Source: Lama glama
Taxonomy: Eukaryota
Length of the DNA: 64,000 nt
Reading direction: 5' to 3'
Assembly (NCBI GenBank): GCA_028534125.1
Contig: CM052817.1
Location: 16,618,001 to 16,682,000 of the forward strand
Numbering within the stretch: the first letter of the stretch is position 1; the number at the start of each line of letters is the position of its first letter. A program made the position numbers and the translations under genes. The notes beneath the pieces were generated by a model. It was not told the origin of the DNA. It made no database searches and saw nothing but the letters and a program-made list of their open reading frames with translations. Positions 12,575 through 24,950 of the stretch are shown here, one piece after another.

Positions 12575-13003
12575 ACCCAGGAGCCTGGGAGCAGTTTATC
12601 TGGGTGGTTCTTGCTGGTGGTCTCTAATGTGGTTGTCATTAAAATGTTAACCAGTGTAGTCATCATCTGAAGGCTTGACTGGGGCTGGAGAATCTGCCTC
12701 CAACATGGCTCACTCACGTGGCTGATGGCTGGAGGCCTCAGCTCCGGACCACGTGAAGAGCACGTAGGGCTGCTCAAGTCCCTTCAAGACATGGCAGCCA
12801 GCTTCCTCCAGAGTGATCCAGGACAGAGCAAGGCAGATGCCACGTCTTTTATAACCTAGCTCAGAAGTCACACACCATCACTTCTGCCATAATCTATTCA
12901 TCGCCCAGACCAACCCTGATACAAGGTGGGAGAGGATGACACCAGGGCACAAATACCAGGAAGTGGAGCTCATTTGGGGCCATCTTGGGAGCTGACAACC
13001 ACA
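12575..13003 (-). mobile_element. MaLR LTR (MLT1F/H-like)
   Basis: catctgaaggcttgactggggctggag...acctagctcagaagtcacacaccatcacttctgcc...ggggccatcttgggagctgacaaccaca. Confidence 0.75.
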
Positions 13004-13384
13004 CTGTGGGTGGAGAAGGAAGGCGAGCAAAACCAAGATGTGAAGGACAGTTTAGTGGGGGAAACAAGGCTGCCACCTAGGAGGAGATCTGGTTCTTCCC
13101 CCTGTTGTTTCATCTGGCACCCTAAATGGGGCCTTGATCCCCTTCAAAACACACTGCCTCCAGAAAGTGTGCCTGCCAGAGAAGCTTTTTCCCTCCAGTC
13201 AACTGAGTCCTGGACCACTTACCATGTGCCAGGCAATGTGTCAAGACTTCCCTGTGGTTGGCACCATCACCTCACCATCTTGTAGGTAAGGAAACTGAGC
13301 TAAGTTTACTAGTCCAAGTTCTCACAGCCAGTATGACGTGGGGCTGGAATATGAACCCAGTGGTTCAAATCCTGAGCCCTTGCT

Positions 13385-14652
<1,268 letters not shown>

Positions 14653-14989
14653 TCACCAGTGGAATCGTGGTCACATTCACCCCTACACAAGAGGCTGGCT
14701 GTCTGGGTGACAGGGCACCTTCCTCAAACATAGGGAGTGCTGGGGAAGGGAAACAGCTGGCAGGCCCTTTCTGCAGGGTGAGGTCAGGGCAGTGAGGTCC
14801 AGGGCCAGCTGTCTGTGAATCCTAGAGTCCGCTCAGGACATGGCTGCCCACAAGTGCCACCAGTAAGGGGCCGCCTGCTATGTCTGCTGAAATTTGGGTG
14901 GCTCTGATTTGGGTGTGACAATAGCAATCCCAACAGCAGTGGAGCTTCGAGGGCCATGCTGTCCTGTTTGGGTTCTGGACCCCATCGCT

Positions 14990-15140
14990 TGCTAGCTGGG
15001 TGGCCTCCGGCAAGTCACTCTGAGCCTCAGAGCCCTCGTCTGTAAAATGAGGAATAACAGCGCCCACCACGCGGGAGGGCGGTGAGAAAGTGAACGGGTC
15101 CACATAAAGCTCGGAGACATCACGTCAGCACTCAATAGAT
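14990..15140 (+). mobile_element. MIR SINE
   Basis: ggcaagtcactctgagcctcag...tctgtaaaatgaggaataacag...cagcactcaata. Confidence 0.65.
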
Positions 15141-18011
15141 GTCACGTGTTGAAATGACTACTTTAGAGTGTAGACAGAACTGCCGTACACAGCAGGTCTG
15201 ATTTAATTCCATGTGGTCACTTAAACTGAGTAATAACTGTCATAAAGCAGGTAGTATCAGATTCCCCAAATGATAACAGCGAAACTCTACTTAGAACACA
15301 GAGGTGCACACCAGGCAAACGCTTTTATCGATTCATATGAACTCCCAAAGGGGAGAGAGACCGTTTGAGGCAAAGAGAAGGAAAAGGAAAACCATCACAA
15401 CTCTGTTTTCAAGGCCATGGCGAGTCATGGAGGTGAGGAGCAGGGAGGTGTGGCTTTGAAGCGTGAGCTTGGCGAACACAGACACACAGACACAAAACAC
15501 GAGCACATGAGGTGATGCTGCCCCAGTGGTCAGGAGGGCCCCACACGCAGGATTTGATCCCAAACCCCTGCCAACGAGCCCCGGGCATTCTCTCAGTGGG
15601 AACCACCATGCCAACAGCGAAAAGCCCAGGGGCCGTGGCCCAGCCCACGCTCCAGGCTCAGCTGTCTGACTTTGGGTGAGACCTTATCTGAAGCCAAGTC
15701 ACTGAATGTCTCTGGGGCTCAGATCAGAAGCTCTAAAGTGCTATGAGTCTGCTCGGTTTCAGGGTTGCCAGAGCACAGAATGGTATTTGGGTAAAGATGT
15801 TCACTCTTGGAGAGCCAGGCAAATCGCAGACTGCACCTCTGAGCCCTCCACTTGTTTAAATACTACCCTCCCGTAGGCCATGTCCTATTAACTCGATTTC
15901 CAGTTCCGTAGTAGAGACTTGGATATACACTAGGTGCTTCATAAATAGCAGATGGCTGTTTGAATACACAGCTGATGCGTTCTTGGGAATCCTGACGTCT
16001 TGGTAAGCATGGGGCTCGCAGCTGCCTCAGGCTGATGGAGAGTGCTATGAGCAGCCAGCACTCTCTGGCTTCTGCTATCTGAGGGTCATCCCAGGAGAAG
16101 AGACATCTGATAGGAGCTGACCCTGAAGTCTCATGTGGAAAAAATCCAGAAATCTTCAGGGCCACGGTCTGGAGAGGCTTCCCAAAGAGGACCATTGAGC
16201 TGCAGCTTGGGATATTGTTAAGAGGTTCTCACAATGAAGTCAACCCAATCAGGTCTCCCCTTGTGCAGCAAAGATACAATTTAGAAACACCTCGAGGGAC
16301 TAATGGCTGTTATGAACCCATAGCAGATGCCTCAGTTTGACTTCTTTTCTTTCTCTCCACCAGGGCAAGTTACTCTCCCCAAGTCAGGGACAGGATGGCA
16401 ATTCCTGACCCATCTTTCTCTAGCAAGTAGGCTGGAAACTCTCTATCCTTACAGGGACTCAGTAAGAGGCACACTCTGCCCTCTGTGTTGCATCCAACCT
16501 TCCAAGTCCCCTCTGTGCTGGTGGCCAAAGAGTCAGAGTTATGGGCAGAGTTGGGAGCTGGCTGCAGCTGGGTGATGACGACAGCCGGAGAGAGAGAGCC
16601 TCAGTCCTCATATTGTGAGGGACTCTCTAGGGCTGAATGTCTCCGTGGTCCCTCCAGCTACAGGGCATCATCAGTGATTCCTCAAGAACGCTGGTACCAG
16701 CACATTAAACTCCTCTAAGAATCTGAGCACCAGGCGTGCCGAGAAGGGAAGCAGAAGCCACTCCTCATCCATGTCCAATCAAGGCGGGGGTTGAAGAGAA
16801 AAGAAATACCTTCTGAAATCCCTGCCTGCAGAGACCATTTTATCATTTGGTAAAATGTCAAGATTGGGTTTTTGTAACATATTTGAAGAATTCAAAGACC
16901 TTCCTTAGAAGGCTCTCAGTTTATTGTTTCTGACTAAGCCCAGGTTCTATCTGTGTTGACTAAATTGAGCTCTAATCTGACGGTCTGCTGTCTCCTAGTT
17001 CCATTTTGGTCCTTGGGACGGGGCGGGGCGGGGTGGGGATGAGGAGTGACATGAGGGTGATACACAAACTAGATTCAAACCACAACCAACATAAGTCACA
17101 CAGGCCCTTCCCTTCAACTGGTGTCTGAGTTTTTGGAAGCCCTACTGGATTCCCCATAACACAGCATCGCTCATCTCCTTCTCCAAAATGTATCAGCTAC
17201 TTTCAAAATACACATTTTCCTTCTCAGGCTGATGCTGAGAGTGGAGAACAGAGAATTAAATTGAAAAGCTTCAAGAGCCAGGCTCTGCTCTTGCCAGATT
17301 TTTCTGTGGCTCTCAGTGTTTCTTCTCAGAGTATGCGTACATGCAGGAAACTGCCCCTCAGGCCCCCCAAACACCATCCTCACCTGCAGACGCCAGGAAA
17401 CGGTTGGGAGAATGAGGACGATATGTAGGGAGCTGGGGAGGACGGAGGGTCGTTCCTTCCTGAAGCGTGTGGCCTATCAGCCTGCCCTGTGGATTCCTCA
17501 AAATAGCCCCATTCCTTTCATACCTCTCAGAGACTTGCTAAATAGTCTGGAGGACACTTTGCTATCCAGGTGATCTCTCTATGTGGCTTTGACATCTGTT
17601 AGACTTGTCTAGTTCCCAGCAAGATCACACAGTTGCCCCAACTCTATCAAACAACGTCAAGAGCTATATATTGTTGGCAGAGAGGGCGAGGGAGAAAGAA
17701 TAGAGTCAAAGAAAAACCACGGCACCCTGCAAGCCCAGCATGCTCCAAGTTCACCATGGTCCATGAGAGTCTCAGAAGAGATTGTTCCAGCTTTGAACTC
17801 TTCTCCAATCCAACTTGCTTTGAGAACAAGTCCCTAGCTAATCTGATCTATCCGCTGTCTCTCTCCTCTGAATTGTAATTCCCCAGTACAGGTGGAGCAT
17901 GGAAGTGAAGATCTGAACACCTGAATTCTAATACCTGCTTCTGTGGCCTCAGGTATCATCTAATTTCCTGAGCTTCTGTTTCCTTATGTAAAATGAGGGG
18001 ATTACACTAGA

Positions 18012-18205
18012 TCAGGAAAGGCAAAAATATTTTCTCTCACATGTCAACTCTGACCAGGAGGTAGCTGCCTGGAAAGCCAACATGGAAGACTGTTTTGAGG
18101 GCTAACATGAGAGATCAGCAAGGAAGAGTGATGTGATGGATTAGCAATGTCTGCCACTGGCATGGGAATGGTGTTGTGTAATGTATACCGAGTATTTGCC
18201 ATCCT
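18012..18205. mobile_element. hAT-Charlie MITE (MER117-like)
   Basis: Degenerate inverted ends caggaaaggcaaa / tttgccatccttg; internal gattagcaatgtctgcca. Confidence 0.55.
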
Positions 18206-18600
18206 TGAACTTTTTGCTCTCAGCCATCCTTCACGGTCTAGCATCTGATGACTCATCACATTATTCCCTCACACATTAACATCTTTATCACTTAGTTAAT
18301 ACTTAATCATGTACCATTTTGTGCTTTCCTCTCACTATTTGATGTATATTCATCTTACTTCCCTAGTGGGACTGTTGATTCTCAGAGGGGGCAAGAGGTA
18401 GGTCTGCAATGCTTGGTACAGAGTTGAATTCACAAAAGTTGATGCTCAAAAAGGTAACAACATATTATGGGCTGATTTATTAGAGAAGACACTGATCTTT
18501 TCAGGATGCTGGTAAATAAGAGAGCGCAAACAATTTTCTGAAACCACTGGAACTCAGTCCCCTCCAGCTGGCTGAAATACTATGATTTGGCTCTTACTTG

Positions 18601-18690
18601 GGGGAAGAGGAAGAGGAAGAAGAGGAGGAAAAGGTGGAAGAGGAAGAGGAAAAAGAGGCAGAAGAGAAGGAGGAGGAGGAGGAAAAGAGC
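18601..18690 (+). repeat. Purine-rich (GAG/GAA) low-complexity tract
   Basis: About 90 nt almost entirely A/G. Confidence 0.85.
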
Positions 18691-19189
18691 ATACTTCCTC
18701 TTGCTCCGCCCTTCAGGAAATTAAATGGAAACCTGAGAACAATAATGGATAGAGGGGACTGGTCTGATCTGCCCTGAAAGAGGCCTCCCCTCCCCCACCC
18801 ATGGTTTGAAAATGATCATTAGGTGATGCCTCATTACAACATCCTTCATCACTGCACCAGGGCAATGCTACTGCCTTTACATAAGCCGTGTCAGATCGGG
18901 GGAATTGCCACTCTTTTTTCTGTCCTCCTACTTTGTAACTATGTAGAGGCCAGAGATCAGAACAAACACGACTATGGCATAAAATCCATTCAGCCACCAC
19001 CCTGAAAACTAATTTTACCGCTTAATATTTACTTTGTACTAATTGAATTCTCTATTTCAATGGTCTTTCCTAATCAGAGAAGTGCAAAGATAAAGACACA
19101 GAGAATACATTTCTATTTATTTACATGCAGGGATGATATTAATGCACTGTTATTTAGCCACAAACATAGATATTTCAAATAGAACATAC

Positions 19190-19222
19190 TCCCAAATCCT
19201 ACTGAAACATTGTAGCTCAGGC
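19190..19222 (-). CDS. CCDC149: CCDC149 33-nt in-frame cassette microexon (G-LSYNVSVGFG-R)
   Basis: T21-gctgcctgaag| acceptor, GGA|gtatgt donor, phase 1-1, length divisible by 3, no stop codon; fits between the 20603 donor and the 14618 acceptor. Confidence 0.8.
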
Positions 19223-20140
19223 CTTCAGGCAGCAAAAAAAAAAAAAAAAAAAAAGGAAAGGAAAGAAACAATTGTTATTGCATAATAGCCATTCTAACCT
19301 AGACCAAACAACAGCAGAGATAGAAAATTCCCAGCATTCTTTCATTCATTCAACTCCCATCTTTTTACATAAGTTGTAGAAATAAAACATTGTGGAATCT
19401 CACTAAGTCATTTGGAGAGAAAAAAAAAAACCCAAACTCCAGTACATGCACAGAAATAGCAATCTGACTGCACAAATAAATGATAAATTTGCCTGACTGA
19501 GTTGAAATTCAATGCAATAAAAGAAAGACCTTCAAAGAGGATAAGGTTTTAACTGCATCAAAAGGTTCTTGTGCAAAATGGATCATTCAAATCCCCAGGA
19601 TGGCACTTGCCACTAATTAGGTCTGTTAGGTCTTTTGACATCAAGTTCAAGGGATCTCCGCTAAAAATTCCAATTTATGAAACACACTTCCAGGCAACCT
19701 AAGGCGGCTATTCAAATTTACATTAAGAAAACATGTGGTTTTGTCCACGTCCCTGTGCAGTTTTCATTTCTCATATGTTACAAGGAAGCAACCGATAGGA
19801 TTCAAGGGGAGAGAAGAGTTTGTATGGAAAGGTTAAGTAGCTAAAAATATATGTACACAGTTGCTTCCAGGGAAAGAGGAGGTGGTAGAAAATGATAAAT
19901 ACAAGTTTCTGGGAGAAGTAAAGAAAAAGGGGGATGGCTGACGAGGGTCTCATGACGGGAGCTGTTTTTCCAAGACAAACAGGATAAATATAGCTAATTA
20001 AAGTGAAACATCAGTTTCTTTACACCCTGCACAACTGGGAAAAAAACCTCTGATGGAAATTTTGATTTTCAAGATATGTAAAAATGGGGTGAGGAAGAGA
20101 GGAGGTTATAAAGTGCAATTTGGGTTAAAGCAATTGTTGG

Positions 20141-20294
20141 TTCTTATGTTCAGTTTTAGGACTGATGAGTAAATTGAACAAGTTTTTGTAAGTTTGTACA
20201 TTCATTTTTAGAACTGATGATTAAATACTTTTTTTTGTAAGTTCTTATATGCATTTTTAAGGGGTGATGATTAAATTGAACAAATCTTTATAAG
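20141..20294 (+). repeat. Degenerate tandem repeat, 3 units of about 50 bp
   Basis: Units 20141-20192, 20193-20241 and 20242-20294 share ca-tttta..tgatga-taaat..taag. Confidence 0.75.
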
Positions 20295-20561
20295 ACACCT
20301 ACGGGTGAAAAATGAAGCAATTTACCATATCCACGAAAGTTAAAAATAAAACATATACAGACATACACACTGACAATTTCAGAATTTAGGTTAGCAAAAC
20401 TTCATAGGTCCACAGATGAGAACTTGCATATTTATTAATTTTTTTCTGATTTCCTCTAAAATGGTTTCTAAGTTTAAAACATTTCTCAGCAATGATCTTC
20501 AAATAAAAGAACATTAAAAAGGCAAAACCTGCTTTGCAAATTATGTGAGAGCATCCTTTTA

Positions 20562-20711
<150 letters not shown>

Positions 20712-23302
20712 TCAGCGAACATCTGCCTCATTAGCTCTTAGGGTTGTGGGCAGGCAACTTGGGAAGCCTGCTAGTGCCCTAATAGAGGAATGTTTTGAGA
20801 TTTAAGACATATGCTAAAAACAGAGTGTGTGCGTGTGTGTGTAGAATATATACGTGTGTATATATGTGTGTATGTATGTATACATATGTGCGCAGACACG
20901 TAGTCTACTGAAGTATGTATGAAAATATAAGTGAATGATTAAAAATGATTTTAAAAATTACTAAAATGTTGCCATTCAAGTGAATCTTCTCCCACAAAGA
21001 CAGCTGGGAAGCCAAACGAGTCCACCACTGCCCAACATCTGACATCATTTCTGTCTGGGAATTGCTCATTGCTAAAGATGACATTTAACTTTAAATACTC
21101 TTAGTAGTATCACATCTTGATTCTTTGAGGGTGGGTCTGAGTTTTGAAACAACCAAGAGAACAAGTAAGATGGATGAACATGCTTCGTAATGTTACTTTG
21201 AGTCAATAAAGTAGTAAGATCCACCGTCTGAGCCCTAACCTACGTCTTAAGGATAGCCATAGCCCTGATCGCTAGCACAATGCACGGTGGACGGCAGGCG
21301 TTCAATAGAAACATGTGATGAAATAAATGCTTTCCTTTTTTTCATGGCTTGTAATTATCTCTGGAGAGAATTTTAAAAAACAGGCATTTCAGAAGTACTT
21401 TCGGCAGTTACAGAATCACTAGAACAATTATATTGCTTTCCAAGGTGACCATCTTGACTCCTCCATGATGTTTAAGCTCTGGAATGTATATCTGAAAAGA
21501 TCACTCTGTTTACTTGGAAGGCAAATGTTGTCTATATGCATGGAAAGACATAAATGTGGGCATATATTTCCCCTTTGTCACTCTACACAAAATTAAATAT
21601 ACTTGGGAAATGATTTGATAGTCATCTAAAACTTCAATCACTTTCCATTGGCTTGGAAATTGAACAGCCAGTCTTTATCTTTGGGGGATTTTCTTGGCAC
21701 TGCTGTGCTAAAATGATGCGGAAATCACCTTAATAGTGAAGTTTCAAATCCTTTCAGCAGGAGAGACGAGAATGCCAGAATTGTTCTCCTACCTCTCTTT
21801 ATATTCCAGAGATAGCTGCACACACCCACATACATACCAAGACATGAATATGCATATATCTGCACATATATATATGGCTTTGGATGCATCCTTATTTTAC
21901 CTGAATTGACTTGCAGCATCTTAATTAATATTCCCTTCGAGTTCACAGGGAACTCTTTGACGTTACTATATGTGGTTTTGTTCATCTAGATACTTAGAGC
22001 TTTTCCCTTTTCTTTTCCTTAAGTCTTAAATTCTGCATAGTCTTTATCAATTACTTTCAATTTTCACTCTATTTGTTGGGTCTATTTTGCTTTCATTTCT
22101 TTGACCCTTCAATAAACACCATTCTTCGTAATCTCACTTTCAATATTTTGCTCAGACCTTCTGATCCAACCTCCCTTTTCACCAGCTGATGGATATGAGA
22201 TGCAATCACAGCAGTGTTCAAGTTGGTGCCTGTTTCTTAACGAGATCAGATCATCTGTATGTGGCTGCCTCTTGGAAACAAAAGATAAGGCTTAACTCTT
22301 CTGTGTACACTGAAGGATCAATGTTCAAAGGCGTGGTGAAGAGACATTCAGTTGTATTTTTTCTGATGTTCCTGGATAAGACAGCCGTGTCTCCCAGAAA
22401 AGGTCTGAGGTGAATTTGCTGGTGTCCCCAATAATCTATTCTCAGGGACTCTGCGGAAGTTTGTCAGTGCTGACTGCTTTTATCTTTAGCCTGACACAGG
22501 CATCTGATGCAGGGCTGGAGGTAGTAAAATGGATCCAGTGGAAGTTGTGGTAGTGGCAATAGTAACACCAAAGCCACCAATGACAACTGCACTGTGGTTA
22601 ACACAAAACAGCAACTAATCTTTCCTGAGCCTCAGGCATGAGTCAGAGCCCCTGCTGAACACATACTGAATGTGCAGTTTTTTTCATCTGACCTGACAAA
22701 AACTCTGCATTTTAAAAAATTCTCCTTTTACACATGTGGACCCTAACAAACAGAGAGGTTAAGCAAGTTGCTCAAGGACACACAGTTCATCTCAAAGCAT
22801 GTCTTTTCCTAACCCCCAGTGTTCTCACCCACCACACTCTACTCCTCCCATTAAGAAACAGAGGTATGGAAGTTAGTTAACTTAACCCCACCACATGCAG
22901 GACTCAGCTGGTGGTGAGTGTCTGGCTTTTTACCTGCACCTCAGTTTGGCTCCGAAGTGCATGCTCCTCTTAACCGAGAATCCCACAAGGGCCCTGTAAA
23001 ACCAGCGTTGTCATGCCTAAGGCAAGTTCTCTTTAAGAACCCTTCGAAACTGAAACACCAATGCAGCCACAGCTGGCTTGCAGAATATAGCCCAAGATGC
23101 TTCAAGTGACAGAGTGTCTTCCTGGTTGGCTTTACACCAAACAGAACGCCAGCTGGGCCACTGAACGTGCTGGGACACAGCCCAGGGAGAGAAGAGGGCC
23201 ATCTGAGTCTTAACAGCTGGCAGTATTCACAGATGGAGACAGTAGAAGTAGAAACAGGGTCCGTTCAATGTAGTTCAACCAATTCAACAATTATTGAGTA
23301 AC

Positions 23303-23745
23303 AATATAATGCCATTTGCAACAACATGGATGGACCTGGAGATTGTCATTCTGAGTGAAGTAAGCCACAAAGAGAAAGAAAAATAACATATGAAATCACT
23401 TATATGTAGACTCTAAAAAAAAAAGATAAACTTATTTACAAAACAGAAATAGACTCACAGACATAGAAAACAAAGTTATGGTTACCAGGGGGGAAGGGGG
23501 TGGGAAGGGATAAATTGGGAGCTCAAGATTTGTAGATACAAACTAATATATATAAAATAGGTAAACAACTGGTTCATGCTGTATAGCACAGGGAACTATA
23601 TTCAATATCTTGTAACTTATGGTGACAACGAATATGAAAACGAATATCTGTATGTTCATGTGTGATTGAAGCATTGTGCTGTACACCAGAAATTGACACA
23701 TTGTAAACTGACTATATTTAAAAAAATATATATATATATAAAACA
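23303..23745 (+). mobile_element. L1 3' end (5'-truncated)
   Basis: atgccatttgcaacaacatggatggacctggagattgtcattctgagtgaagtaagcca...ctgtatagcacagggaactatattcaatatcttgta...A/TA-rich tail. Confidence 0.9.
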
Positions 23746-24059
23746 TTGAGGCTGTAGGGGACAATGAAGAGAAGCAGAGCCCGTCCCCATATTTGAGGGA
23801 CTCCATCTGGTGGGAGACAGATGGACAGGCGTGTGCATAGACGCACACGCGTACTCTGCCAGTGGGAGGCCTTAATAACGGTGGCTGTTTACTAATCACA
23901 TGCTCACAGATATGATCTCACTTAGACCCTTGCGACAATCAGTGCGGTAGCTCTTAATTATGCTTATTTTGCAGATAAGGGAGCTGAGACTCAGAGGCCA
24001 ACCAAGTTGTCCTGGGTGACACAGCTGGCAGACAGAGGGGCCAGAATCAAAACCTGGGC

Positions 24060-24950
24060 CTGGAAATACACAAGTGCTTCAGGGGAACTGCGGTGCAGAA
24101 GCGAAGATTAAATGAAAGATGAGCCCAGGGCAGCCAGTAGGGACCCAGATCATGAATGATCTTGTGGCCATATTGAGAATGTTGAGACTTTTACTCATTG
24201 GCCGCAGAGGGAGACTAAAGGCTTTGAGGCAGAGAAGCATCATAATGAAGTTCAGGGAAACCGTTCCTGACGTGGGGTTGAGAATGAACCGGAAGGAGTG
24301 TGAGGTGAAGCAGGAAGAGCAGTTCGGAGAGTACGGCCCAGGGCGGTGACAATGATGGCCGCAACAAGCCAGTGGATGCAGGGAAGCCAGAAGAATGGAG
24401 TCGTGACAAGGAGGCAGATGAGGAGTTTGAGATGCCCACGCGACATCCGGGCAGACAGCTGGCCACGTGGGAGACGGGAAAGATCTGCTAGGGCAAAGAT
24501 GAGAGTGCGCTGGGGGGTGGGTCTACTCGCCACCAGAGTGGGAGAGGTCAGGACAGGCAACCGGAGCACACCTGTGCAGGCAGGAAAGGGCTGGAGACAC
24601 ACAAGGGGAGAGGAAAGAGGAGAGGCTGGGCCACGTGGGGCCCCGAAGCCAGGGGGAGAGAGAGTTCCAGGTGGGGCAGTGTGCGGTGTTGCCTTAGTCT
24701 AGAAAGCAGTCACACAGGATGAAAAAGGTCAGTAAGATGTGCCTGGCCCTTGAGAGAGCTGTTACAAGACAGGGGAAGGGTGGAATCCAGAATCCAAGTG
24801 ATAGGGTTGAGAAAAGCAGACTGTGAGAAAGTTGAAGCGGTGTATATAGATGACTCTTCAAGTAGTTTAGCAGGGAATCCAAGGAGACAGCCAGGGCCGC
24901 AGCTTGAGGCATAAACAGGCTTGAGAGAGGGTTTTTTTTTTTTTTTTTCG
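24060..24950 (-). mobile_element. L2 LINE fragment
   Basis: Purine-rich degenerate sequence typical of antisense L2 (cagatcatgaatgatcttgtggccat...gactcttcaagtagtttagc). Confidence 0.5.

Noticed and set aside
20141..20294. Box C/D snoRNA cluster suggested by three TGATGA motifs
   Set aside because: The motifs are antisense to the host gene, and I see no separate D boxes with terminal stems; kept only as a tandem repeat
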